DNA of 64,000 nucleotides. Source: Polyangiaceae bacterium. GTDB taxonomy: Bacteria; Myxococcota_A; Polyangia; Polyangiales; Polyangiaceae. How positions within the stretch are numbered: the stretch's first letter is position 1; each line of letters starts with the position of its first letter. A program made the translations under genes and the position numbers. This document shows, in pieces, positions 1 to 10,500 of the stretch. The stretch spans positions 352,001 to 416,000 of the forward strand of contig JBILLK010000004.1 in NCBI GenBank assembly GCA_044376115.1. Reading direction: 5' to 3'. The notes beneath the pieces were generated by a model. The model searched no databases, was not told the DNA's origin, and saw only the letters and a program-made list of their open reading frames with translations.

Positions 1-1
1 C

Positions 2-748
2 GATCCCCTGCATCACCGCGCGCGCCCCAAGCTGCCGGAGCTCGAATCTCTGCTCGCCTCCGTGAACCCAAGCACCGTCCGCTTGGTCGAGATCGATCCA
101 GCCTCGCAGCTCGACCGCGTCCCGCGCGCAGTGGCGAACTTCAGCGGACTCGCGTTCGCGCACGTCTCCGGCCGTAGGCTTCGTGACTATGAGGCGCTCA
201 GCGGGCTGCGTGAGATCAAGAGCCTCTTCGTGATCGGATACCGCGAGCCGACGCTCTGGCCGATGACAGTCCGCGCGCTCGAGAGCTTTCGCACAATCGG
301 CGACAGCCTCGCGTCGTGCTCGCTCTCCTCCCAGCGCTTGTGGTTTCAGCGGTCGAAGCTGCGGCGCTTCGATGGAGGAGCCGTCGAAGAGCTCCGCCTG
401 GAGAACTGTCGCTCGCTCGACCATAGCTCGATTCCAACGCTCGTGGGTCTCCGGCATCTGCTGCTCATGGGTCAGCCCTTTTCGAGCCTGGACTTCCTCG
501 CCGCGTGTCCAGCGCTTCGGGAACTGGAGATCTACTCGCCGCCGAAAGAAGCGGACCTCGGGGAGCTCAAACGGACAAAGACGATCGAACGCGTGACCCT
601 CTCGACACACGACAGGCTCGTCGAGGAAATTGGCCGGGCGAACCCTCGCCTCGCGATCTCGAGCGGCTCGGTCTGCTTCGTCGGGGGCAAGCCCGCCCGA
701 CACTTCGGCGACTTCTATCCCGACAAGTTGCCATCGGCTTCCCGGTAA
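2..748 (+). CDS. Leucine-rich-repeat protein (5' end outside window)
   Basis: Frame is open from position 2 to TAA at 746-748; repeated LxxLxL patterns (LREIKSLFV, VEELRLENC, LRHLLL, LRELEIY). Confidence 0.6.
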   Translation, partial: DPLHHRARPKLPELESLLASVNPSTVRLVEIDPASQLDRVPRAVANFSGLAFAHVSGRRLRDYEALSGLREIKSLFVIGYREPTLWPMTVRALESFRTIGDSLASCSLSSQRLWFQRSKLRRFDGGAVEELRLENCRSLDHSSIPTLVGLRHLLLMGQPFSSLDFLAACPALRELEIYSPPKEADLGELKRTKTIERVTLSTHDRLVEEIGRANPRLAISSGSVCFVGGKPARHFGDFYPDKLPSASR

Positions 749-800
749 CCAACTACGTCAACGTCGTGTCCACCCCCGATCGCCTTGCTCGAGCATCCGT

Positions 801-2498
801 TCAAGGATGCGTGTAAACGACGGTTCCGCGCTTGAGTGAAAGCGCGCCGTGCCAACCCTTGGGGACGTCGGGCGTGGTGAATTGGAAGAGCCAGGCGGCG
901 TCGGTGGGCGCCAAGTTCACGCAGCCGTGGCTGCGCGGGGTGCCGAAGTCGTCGTGCCAATAGGCTGCGTGGAGCGCATAGCCCTCGTTGAAGTATTGGA
1001 CGAATGGCACGTCGCGCAGATCGAACTCATCGCCGGTCTCATCGCCGTCCATGGTGGTGGTGATGTGCTTTGTGTGAATCAGGAAGGCGCCTTGCACCGT
1101 AGCGTGGGTGGTCTTGGGATCACCGAGGCCGCCGGCTCCGGTCGAGACCAAGGTCACGTAGATCGGCTTCTGGCCCTCGTAGGCGACCAGCGATTGCTCG
1201 AGGATGGATACGTCGAGCCAACGTTTGCCTTCGCGCGCCCAGACCGGCGCCCGCGTCATCGCGCCCACGACTCGCAGATCTTGCTCGCGCACCCAGCTGC
1301 CGTCTTTGGCCTCGCGATAACCACCCTCTCGGCGATCGGTGAGGGCGATCGCCTCGCGGTAGCTGGTCGCGGTGGACTCGGTCATACGACCGCGCTCGTC
1401 GCGGGAGTAGCGGTGCGCCTTCTTCTTCATCACGAAGCCGACGGGCAGCGTGGTTTGCTCGTCGAGCGCCAGACCGTGGAAGGTCGACGGTTGAATCCAA
1501 CGTGTGCGATCGAGCGGGATCAGCCGCAGTTCGGTGGTAACGCCGAACTGGCGCCCCTCGTCCTCGAACTGCCCAACCAGCGCGAAGCCCGAGCGCACGC
1601 CGGCTCGCCCCAACACCAATGCGTCGGTCGCCGGCTCATCGTTGAAGCGCGGCAGCGAGCGCCCATACAAAAGGGCGTCGTGCATCGGGCCTGGCTCCGG
1701 CGGCGCAACGAAGGAGGGATCGCGCGCGAGCGACTTCACCTTCTTGAGGTGGTGAGAAAGATCGGGCTCTTCGCGTGCCTGCTCCTCACGCGTCGGTACG
1801 CGGCTATACATCGGTGGCCCGGGAATCCGGCCCATCACGTAGTCGTACGGGATGCCGTCGAGCTTGGGGCGCACATCGAGCGCCTCCACCACCGGATGGT
1901 AAGGATTGAGGCTCGCCGTTCGCCCTAAACAGACGAAGCCGGTGCCCGCCCCTTTGGGCTCTTCTTCTTTGTCCGCAGCGCCAACGCGATACCAACCACC
2001 TTTACAGCCGGCCGTTCCCACCGGCTCGACCGAACGCGGCACCACGGCTCCGCCGCGCAGATAGCCGATGCGTCGCGCTCGCGGTTTGGGCTCAGCGTAG
2101 ATCCAGGTTTCGTGGGCGATGCTCGCGAGCCGCGGGCGCTCTCTAGCCACGTTGGCGCGCTCATCGGAAAGACGAGCCTCCGCTCCTTCTTCCTCCGCAT
2201 CCTCGTCGACGGCGCCGTTGGAGGAGGAGCCGCGCACGAGCGACTCTTCGGCTGCGGCTGGTTCCACCGCGGCAACGTTGGCGGCCTCCCCCGGAGCCAA
2301 TTCCGTCGGCTCCTCCGGCTCCTCGACCACGAGTTGCGCCTCGAGCTCGCGCAGGATGGCCTCGCGCAGGCCGGGACTTTCGCGAAGGATGATGGGCGCG
2401 AGCCGTTTGCTCTCGAGCAGAGATCCAAACTTCGACTTCTCGCAGCTCGTCGATAGGAGCCCAAGAACACCGAGACCGAGCGCAAAGGCACCGCGCAT
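801..2498 (-). CDS. L,D-transpeptidase (YkuD family), probable lipoprotein
   Basis: C-terminal catalytic motif ALHAAYWH...SHGCVNL; N-terminal hydrophobic leader ending LLSTSC. Confidence 0.85.
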   Translation of the reverse strand: MRGAFALGLGVLGLLSTSCEKSKFGSLLESKRLAPIILRESPGLREAILRELEAQLVVEEPEEPTELAPGEAANVAAVEPAAAEESLVRGSSSNGAVDEDAEEEGAEARLSDERANVARERPRLASIAHETWIYAEPKPRARRIGYLRGGAVVPRSVEPVGTAGCKGGWYRVGAADKEEEPKGAGTGFVCLGRTASLNPYHPVVEALDVRPKLDGIPYDYVMGRIPGPPMYSRVPTREEQAREEPDLSHHLKKVKSLARDPSFVAPPEPGPMHDALLYGRSLPRFNDEPATDALVLGRAGVRSGFALVGQFEDEGRQFGVTTELRLIPLDRTRWIQPSTFHGLALDEQTTLPVGFVMKKKAHRYSRDERGRMTESTATSYREAIALTDRREGGYREAKDGSWVREQDLRVVGAMTRAPVWAREGKRWLDVSILEQSLVAYEGQKPIYVTLVSTGAGGLGDPKTTHATVQGAFLIHTKHITTTMDGDETGDEFDLRDVPFVQYFNEGYALHAAYWHDDFGTPRSHGCVNLAPTDAAWLFQFTTPDVPKGWHGALSLKRGTVVYTHP

Positions 2499-2597
2499 GG
2501 AAGGGCCGTTAGCATCGACAAAGCGGCTGGGCCAAGCTTTGGCCCCTGCGCGCTTATTGAAGTTGGAGGCGCTCGGCCTCCTTCGTAAACTCGGGCG

Positions 2598-3017
2598 ATG
2601 ACGGAGCGAACGCCTGAGGCGCTACCCATTGCACTGGTTGGTCTCGATGGTCACGTCGTCGGTCTCGATCGACGCACCGGCCAGATCCTCTGGAAAAACG
2701 GCCTCATTGGTGGCCTGGACAAGGAGGTCGAGCTCGCCTGTTACGGCAACTATGTCTTCGCGTCGGCCTCCGGGCCCAAGCTCTTTGCGCTCGACTACTT
2801 CACCGGCGAACAGATTTGGGCGGTGCCCACCTCGGGCTCCGGTCGAGCCGCCTTGGTGGTCGAGCCCGACATGGTGATGTGCGCGAAAGAAGGCGCGATC
2901 GACTGTTACAACTTCGCGGGGCAACGGCTGTGGAGCCAAGCCCTGCGCGGGCTCGGTACCGGCAAGATCGCGATGGGCTTCCCCGGGAACCTGCGCCAAG
3001 CCGACGAAGGGAGCTAG
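2598..3017 (+). CDS. Small PQQ-like beta-propeller repeat protein
   Basis: Repeats GLDRRTGQILW, ALDYFTGEQIW, NFAGQRLW. Confidence 0.7.
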   Translation: MTERTPEALPIALVGLDGHVVGLDRRTGQILWKNGLIGGLDKEVELACYGNYVFASASGPKLFALDYFTGEQIWAVPTSGSGRAALVVEPDMVMCAKEGAIDCYNFAGQRLWSQALRGLGTGKIAMGFPGNLRQADEGS

Positions 3018-4381
3018 AGCGGCCGCGCGCGCAACTTGGCGCGGTAGGGCTCCTGATACTTGTTGTGGCAGCCAGCACAGGCTGCACGCGCATCGACAAT
3101 ATCTTCGGCATCGGCAGCGGCCAGACCTGCTTGCACGAAGCCGGACCAGGAGGAGAACTCACCGCCTGGAGCGAAGCCGCCGATGCGAGTGAACGCCTTG
3201 CGTAGCTTGCCGAAGTCTTGTGCGTCGAGCGCGGGGCTCGCGACGCCGCGCATGAAGTCACGCAGCGGAAAGCTCTGCGGCTTCGCCGGCTCGGCCGTCG
3301 GCTCGGCGACGACCTCGTGGGCGTTTGGAGCCTTGCTTGCGTCATCCGCTCCAAGCTCGCCACCCAGCGCACCGAACCAAACGGCGATCGAAGCCACCTC
3401 AGCCTCCTCTAGCTGAATTCCGAGTTGGTGTTTGCCCATCTTGCGGATGGCATCCTCGATGGTCGGACTCGAGCCATCGTGAAAGTACGGCGCCGTAGCA
3501 AGCACGTTACGCAGCGTCGGCACCTTGAAGACCATGCGGTCAGCCTCTTGTTTGCTCACGCCGAAGCGCCCTTGATCCTCCTGATTGGGCCAGGGCTCGA
3601 CCACACCAACGCGCTCGAAGGTGCTGCCGCCGAGCAGGCTTCCGGTGTGACAGACCATGCAACCGACGTCCAAGAAGGTCTTTAGACCTTTGCGCTCCTC
3701 CGCGCTGAGCGCCTCCTCGTCCCCCTCGAGGAAATCGTCCCAACGGCCGCGCGTCGAAAGCGTTCTCTCAAAGGCCGCGATGGCTTGGGTTGCGTTCGCG
3801 AAGGTGATCGGCTCGGCCGCGCGCGGAAAGGCCGCAACGAAGGGCGCACGATAGGAGGCATCGGCGCGCAGGACGCGCTCGACCGCCTCTTCGTTCGGCA
3901 TCGCCATCTCGATCGGGTTGAGGATCGGCCCGCCCGCCTGCTCTTCGACGCTGGCCGCCCGGCCATCCCAGAATTGACGGAAGTTGCCGGCCGCGTTGAG
4001 CACGGTGGGAGAATTGCGACCACCACGCTGACCGCCGACGCCCAGGCTGGTGGGCTGGCCATCGGTACCGCCACGCGCGAGGTCGTGACAACTTGCGCAG
4101 GCGACGGTGCCGTCGGCCGAGAGCTGCTTGTCGTGATAGAGCCGTTTGCCGAGATCGACCAGCGGCTTGCTCAGCTCCAAGCCGGCCTTGCGAAAGCTCG
4201 CTGGTAAGGGGCGGAAGCGCGCCAACATGCGCGGGTTGATCGAAGCCGCCGCCGTACCTCCCTCCTTCACGGTGGTCCCGTCGTGCGAGGGACTCCAATC
4301 GAAGAGGTCGGTCTCACTCTCGGTGATGCAGGCCGATCCCACGGCGAGTGAGATCGCAGTCAGAAGCCACTCAGTGCGCAT
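3014..4381 (-). CDS. Cytochrome c peroxidase (di-heme CCP/MauG family) lipoprotein with an extra C-terminal heme c domain
   Basis: CASCH, RNSPTVLNA, QFWDGRA, GPILNPIEM, CMVCH, FKVPTLRNV, PYFHDG, plus a third CAGCH near the C-terminus; start set at ATG 4381 (MRTEWLL..VGSAC lipobox). Confidence 0.88.
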   Translation of the reverse strand: MRTEWLLTAISLAVGSACITESETDLFDWSPSHDGTTVKEGGTAAASINPRMLARFRPLPASFRKAGLELSKPLVDLGKRLYHDKQLSADGTVACASCHDLARGGTDGQPTSLGVGGQRGGRNSPTVLNAAGNFRQFWDGRAASVEEQAGGPILNPIEMAMPNEEAVERVLRADASYRAPFVAAFPRAAEPITFANATQAIAAFERTLSTRGRWDDFLEGDEEALSAEERKGLKTFLDVGCMVCHTGSLLGGSTFERVGVVEPWPNQEDQGRFGVSKQEADRMVFKVPTLRNVLATAPYFHDGSSPTIEDAIRKMGKHQLGIQLEEAEVASIAVWFGALGGELGADDASKAPNAHEVVAEPTAEPAKPQSFPLRDFMRGVASPALDAQDFGKLRKAFTRIGGFAPGGEFSSWSGFVQAGLAAADAEDIVDARAACAGCHNKYQEPYRAKLRARPL

Positions 4382-6539
4382 AGTGATCTCGCGGCGGGGG
4401 ACGGGTGGTGATTCGGTCTTGGAGGTCTGCAAACTCGGGCGCAAAACTGAAGCGGAAGGCGGTGCCTCGGCCGGGCTCGGATTCGAGCGTGATCGAGCCA
4501 CCGAGCGACTCGACGGCGGCTTTGACGGCGCCCATCCCCTCCCCGCGGCCACTCATCGAGTCGGCGCTCTCCCGCGTGCTCACACCGTCGGCGAACAGCG
4601 CCATCACCAGCTCCTTCTGCGAATGAGCCGACATTCCGCGCTGCGTGGCGACCTCGCGCAGACGCTCCCAGTCGATGCCGCGCCCATCATCGATGGCCTC
4701 GACCACCAAGGCCTCGGCGCTCAGCTTGGTCCGAAGGCGCAGACTGGGTGCGGGCGGTTTCCCGGACGCCAGACGCTCGTCGGCTGGCTCGAAGGCATGA
4801 CTGAAGGCGTTGCGGACCACATGCGGGAAGGACGTCCAAAAGGGCTTCAGCGCGTCGCTATCGAGCTTGAGACCACCGTCATCGACCACGATGTCGACGT
4901 CGCCAGCGCCGGTCCGTACGGCCAACGCCCGCGCTTGCTCGGCGATGCGCCCGAGCCGACGGGAGGACGGCTCGCGCTCAAACAGCCGGATCCGACGTTG
5001 CAAACGCTCGCGAGACTCGCCCGCGTCGATCGCAAAGGCCAGGCGACGTAGCTCGCGACGATCCACCTCCAGCTTCTGCTCGGAGCCGCGCCCCATCACC
5101 GAGAGCACCTTATGGATGGTCGCCCACGCAGCCGAGAGCTGCTCCTTGTGCGCAAGGTTCAACATCTCACCGCTCTCCGCGAGGTAGCTCTCGAGTTCGT
5201 GGCAAACCGAGACCACCCGCTCCAAACCGAACATCCCTGCGCTGCCCTTGAGGGTATGCAAGTCGCGCTTGAGCTTCGGATCTACGAAGGCGGCCGCGTT
5301 GATGCTTTCGATCAGGCGTCCAGCCTCGTTGACGAACTCGAGGAAGCCTTCGCGATCGTTCGACAGATGATGCAGCGCCGAGGCTAGCTCACGCGACGCC
5401 ATCTCGGCCGACGAACGCGCGTACTCATCGGACGCGTCTTCCACCACCAGCAACATGCGCCCGAGCTCGTCGTTCTCGATCGGGACCAGCGTGGTCCGCA
5501 GCACCTTCTCGCCGAGATGCAGCGTGCGCGGGAACTGCTCGAGACAGACCTCGAGCGGCATGAAGCCGTCTGCGATCTGCTCCCAACCGAGCTGGTAGTT
5601 GCCCGCCACGGTTTCAGCGCTGGGCGCGAGATACTCCCAGAACGGCTGGCCCACCTTCAGCTCGCCAAACCACTGCACCACGGCGCGTGAGTGCTCCGAA
5701 CCGAGCGTACCATCGGGGTGCACGATCAATAGACCCTGGGACACATTGTCGAGCACCAGTTGGTTCTCGCGCTGTCGTTGCTCGAGCTTCTGGGTGCGCT
5801 CGCGCACGAGGCCGTCCAAGCGCTCGAGTTCAGTGCGGCTCTGCTCCTCACGCTCGGCGATCAGCGTGCGCAACTGCTGCAACATGCGCGCGAAGGCGTC
5901 GTGCAAACGACCCACCTCGTCGCGTTGCGAGTTTGCAGGCAGGTTGCGTTCGAGATCCCCCGCGGCTACCTCCTCGGCGACCCGCGTGAGCGCGCCAATC
6001 CGCGAAACCAGCGGCCGCGCGACCAACAGCGCGCCGAACAGACCCAGTAGCAGCGAGACCGCCAAAGCTCCTGCGGCGAGCTTCATCGTCTCACTGCGCG
6101 CAGCTAGCTGACGCTCGCGGCTGAGCTGGAACTGCAACCAGCCGCGAGCACCCTCGCGCGCCACGATCGGGACCACCACCGTAACCGAGCTGGCAGCGCG
6201 AACCACGCGCACCTTGTCCGGGTGATCCTTGGGCGCCTCGAAGGCAGCACCGAACGTATGTACGACGCGTCCGTCGGCGTGCGCGACGGTCGCCGCAACC
6301 ACCTCGGTGTCGCGCGCCAGCCCGTCGACGATCTCTTTGGCTGTCGAGTGGTCGTCAAAAGCGATGGCTGGCTCGAGCTGGGTGGACGATTGGCGCGCGT
6401 ACGCCACCGCCTTATCGACTTAAGCGGCGTCGATGCTGGCGAGTTGGCGTGGCAGCAGGATGGCGACGAGCACGCTCGCAACCACGAGCATCGAAAGAGC
6501 TACGACCCCGAGTAGCTTCGACAGGACGGACGATCGCAT
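4371..6539 (-). CDS. CheA-like sensor kinase (TM, CHASE8-like sensor, TM, HAMP, PAS-like, Hpt, HATPase) interrupted by in-frame TAA at 6420-6422
   Basis: HAMP (DEVGRLHDAF), Hpt (RDLHTLKGSAG), HATPase (HVVRNAFSH, DDGRGID, SGRGEGM); ATG 6539 gives an in-frame TM1 (MRSSVLSKLLGVVALSMLVVASVLVAILLP) that a single TAA separates from the 4371-6407 ORF. Confidence 0.8.
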
Positions 6540-6581
6540 ACGTTAGGTGACTTAATGTCACGGTGCACCGCACGCTAAAGG

Positions 6582-7574
6582 TCAGCCTTGCGCCGACGTA
6601 CTCGCGAACAACTGCGCGACTGCGCCCGAAGCGGTGATCCGCCCCTCGAGCACCGCTGACTCCAGCTCTTGAATCGCAGCGCGATGGGCCGCCTCGAAAC
6701 TCGCGCTCAGCTTTTCGAGCAAGAGCACGCGAAAGAAGTGACGCCGCTCGTCGCGCTGCTTGCGCAAAAGCTCCCCCGAGCTCGTCAGCAGCTCTTGATG
6801 CGAAACCACCGAGTCCCACGTCTCCGCTACGCCCTCGCCGAGCGCGGCGCTCGCGAGCAGCACCCGCGGCAGAAAGCCTGCGGCACGAGGTCCAAAAAGC
6901 TTGAGCGCACTTCGAAGGTCGGCGGCCGTATTGCGAGCCCGCACCACGTTGTCCCCGTCGGCCTTGTTGACCACGACCAGATCGCAGAGCTCCATGATGC
7001 CGCGCTTCATTCCCTGCAGCTCGTCACCGCTGCCCGGGAGCGCCATCAACAAGAAGGTATCGACCATGCTGGCGACGTCGGTCTCCGACTGGCCGACCCC
7101 CACCGTCTCCACGATGATCAGGTCGAACCCGAAGGCCTCGCAAACCAGCACCGCCTCGCGTGTGCGCGCCGCCACGCCGCCGAGATGCGCGCCGGCCGAG
7201 GAAGGCCGCACGAACGCCCGTGGCTCGACCGCGAGCCGCGCCATGCGCGTCTTGTCGCCCAAGATCGAGCCGCCGGTCTTCTGACTCGACGGATCGATGG
7301 CGAGCACTGCCACCGTCAAGCCGAGCGAAAGCACGTGACTACCGAGCGCCTCGATGAAGGTGCTCTTACCGACGCCCGGCGGGCCGGTGATGCCCAGCCG
7401 AATCGCGGGCCGTTCGCGTTTGGCGCGCAGCGCAAGCACCTGCTCGAGCACGATCTCAGCCGCTGCGCGATCATCGGTGCGCACGCTCTCGAGCAGCGTG
7501 ATGATGCGCGACAAGGCCGAGCGCTCGCGCGCTGCAAGCCCACGCAGCGCCGCCTCGATCGAGAAGCGCGCCAC
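6582..7574 (-). CDS. meaB: Methylmalonyl-CoA mutase-associated GTPase MeaB/ArgK
   Basis: GITGPPGVGKST, AIDPSS..TGGSILGDKTRM, ETVGVGQSE, NKAD; directly follows the mutase. Confidence 0.95.
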   Translation of the reverse strand: MARFSIEAALRGLAARERSALSRIITLLESVRTDDRAAAEIVLEQVLALRAKRERPAIRLGITGPPGVGKSTFIEALGSHVLSLGLTVAVLAIDPSSQKTGGSILGDKTRMARLAVEPRAFVRPSSAGAHLGGVAARTREAVLVCEAFGFDLIIVETVGVGQSETDVASMVDTFLLMALPGSGDELQGMKRGIMELCDLVVVNKADGDNVVRARNTAADLRSALKLFGPRAAGFLPRVLLASAALGEGVAETWDSVVSHQELLTSSGELLRKQRDERRHFFRVLLLEKLSASFEAAHRAAIQELESAVLEGRITASGAVAQLFASTSAQG

Positions 7575-7577
7575 CGG

Positions 7578-10500
7578 CTACTCCGCGAGTCGCTTGAGGA
7601 TCACGCCGCAAAGACTCTCGGCCGCAAGCGGGATGTTGGTGCCCGGACCGAACACCAAACAGGCGCCGAGCGCATGCAAGGTGGGCACGTCATCGGGCGG
7701 AATCACGCCGCCGACCACCACCAAAATGTCGGCGCGCCCGAGCTCCGCGAGGGCCTTCACCAACGCTGGAACGAGCGTCAAATGCCCCGCCGCCAGCGAG
7801 CTCACCCCGACCACGTGCACGTCGTTGTCGATGGCTTGCCGCGCAGCCTCCTCCGGCGTCGAGAACAACGGCCCGATGTCGACGTCAAAGCCGAGATCGG
7901 CGAAGGCCGTAGCCACGATCTTCTGACCGCGGTCATGACCGTCTTGCCCCATCTTGGCCAAGAGGATGCGCGGCGCTCGACCATCGGCTTCCCGTACGCG
8001 AGCCACGGCTTCACGCGCCCGTACGAGCTCCGGCTCTTCACCCATCGAGCGAGCGTACACGCCGCTCACTCCGCGCGGGGTGGCCGCGTAACGACCGAAC
8101 ACCTCCGCCAGCGCCTCGCTCATCTCGCCCACGGTCGCGCCGGCCCGCGCAGCCTCCACGCTTTTGGCCAGCAGGTTCTCGCTCGAACGGGCGGCCGCGG
8201 TCAGCGCCGCGAGCGCAGCAGCGACGGCTGCGCTGTCCCGCCGGGCCTTCAGCTTGGCCAACCGCTCGAGCTGCGTTGCCCGCACCCGCTCGGTCTCCAC
8301 GCGCAGCACCGGCACCACGTCGGCGCGCTCCGGCTCGAAGCAATTGACCCCAACGATGCGACGCTTCTTGCCGTCGATCGCCGCTTGCGTGCGTGCCGAC
8401 GCTTCTTCGATGCGCAGCTTGGGCACGCCGGCCTCGATCGCCTTGACCATGCCGCCGTGCGACTCGATCTCTTGGATGTGCGCCCGCGCTTGCGTGAGCA
8501 GCTCTTCGGTCAAACGCTCCACGAGCTGCGAGCCACCCCACGGATCGATCGGTCGCGTGGTACCGGCCTCATGAATCAGAAGCAGCTGCGTGTTGCGCGC
8601 GATACGAGCGGAGTAGTCGGTGGGCAGCGCCAGCGCTTCATCGAGCGAGTTGGTGTGAAGCGATTGGGTGTGCCCGGCCGTGGCCGCCAAGGCCTCCACC
8701 GCGGTGCGCACCACGTTGTTGTAAACGTCCTTCGCCGCCAGCGACCAGCCGGACGTCTGACAGTGGGTGCGCAACATCGAGCTCTTCGGATTCTTCGGCG
8801 AAAAGGCTGCCATTTGCTCGGCCCACAACACGCGCGCGGCGCGCAGCTTGGCCACCTCAGTGAAGTAGTCCATGCCCATCGCGAAGAAGAAGGAGAGCCG
8901 CGGCGCGAAGTGATCGACATCGAGCCCAGCGGCAACGCCGGTCTTCACGTACTCGAGGCCGTCCAAGATCGTGTAGGCCAGCTCCAGGTCCGCCGTCGCC
9001 CCGGCCTCTTGCATGTGATAGCCGGAGATCGAGATGCTGTTGAACTTGGGCATCTCCTTCGCCGTGTAGGCGAGGATATCGCCCACGATGCGCATCGAGG
9101 GCGCCGGCGGATAGATGTACGTATTGCGCACCATGAACTCTTTCAGGATGTCGTTCTGAATCGTTCCGGAGAGCGCACGCGCTGGTGTTCCCTGCTCTTC
9201 GGCGGCGACGACGAACAGCGCCATGATCGGCAAGACAGCGCCGTTCATCGTCATCGAGACGCTCATCTCGGAGAGCGGGATGCCCTCGAACAAGATGCGC
9301 ATGTCCTCGATCGAGTCGATCGCCACGCCGGCCATGCCGACGTCGCCGGTCACCCGCGGATGGTCGGAGTCGTAGCCGCGGTGGGTCGCTAGATCGAAGG
9401 CGACGCTAAGGCCCTTCTGCCCGCCCGCGAGGTTCTTTCGGTAGAAGGCGTTGCTCTCTTCGGCGGTGGAGAAGCCCGCGTATTGCCGCACCGTCCACGG
9501 ATTTTCGACGTACATGGTGGCATACGGTCCGCGTCGAAACGGCGCAAATCCAGGGAAGCCGGCGTCGAACGAGGAGCCCACTGGAGCGGGCGGCAGCGCG
9601 ATCTCGTCGAAGCCGCGCGTTGCAAACTCTGAAGCCGCGCCGTCACTCAGCACCGCGCTGGCGGACTCTGCCGGCGTTGCTTCAGACGCAGCCGGGCTGC
9701 CCTCCCCTGCGCCCAAGGCGTTAAGCAAGGCGCCGACCAACGCAACAGCGTCGCTGGTCCCGAGATGGACGAAGTGGACCTGCTTCCCGAGCGCCGTAAC
9801 GAGCGCTTGAACGTGCTCGTTGGGCTTGCCGGCGACCAGCACCTGCTTCGCATCGCCCAGCGCCGCCGCAGCGGCCTCGGCCGTGAGCGTCGCGTACGTC
9901 TCATCACTGCCGACGAGCACGGCCACGGCGGAGGGCGACTCTCCCAGCGTAAAGCCGAAGGACTCGAGGAAGCGTCGGATGAAGGTCTCGCGTGCGGCCA
10001 GCGGGCCGCGTTCACCGAGCACCGCCAGCCGAAGCACGCGGTCGCTCTCGAGCCCGAGCACCCGCGCTCGCATCGCCTCGAACGCCGAGGCCAGCTGCTG
10101 ATCGAACTGCTCGCCAGCAAAACGAAGCTGAGCGCCCACTGCCGGGAGCTCGCCCGGGGCAACGAAGTCGTTGATACCGACAAGCACCGTCTTGCGCGCA
10201 CGCACGCGGCTCGCAGCGCGCTCGGCGGTTTGGCGGAGTTCGCTCGCAAAGGCTTTACGCGCAGCGGCCGAACAAACACCGCCAGCGGCCTCCAAAGCCT
10301 GCATCCCTTCCCAACCGCGCCGCGCGATCTGGTTGGTGAGCGCCTCCAGCGCATATGCGCCAGCCGCTGGGTCATCCACCTGCATCAAATGCGCTTCATC
10401 TCGCAGCACGAGGCCGGTGTTACGCGCGAGCCGCAGCGGGTCTCCCGCCGCTTGACCACGGTGAGCGATGGCGTCGTGCGGGCGGGCGACGAGCACCTCC

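Noticed and set aside
6669..9392. 907-aa plus-strand ORF, and similar long antisense ORFs (849-1928, 11708-13183, 52697-53653)
   Set aside because: Shadow ORFs opposite well-supported genes; stop-poor antisense frames are expected at high GC, and they contain no motifs
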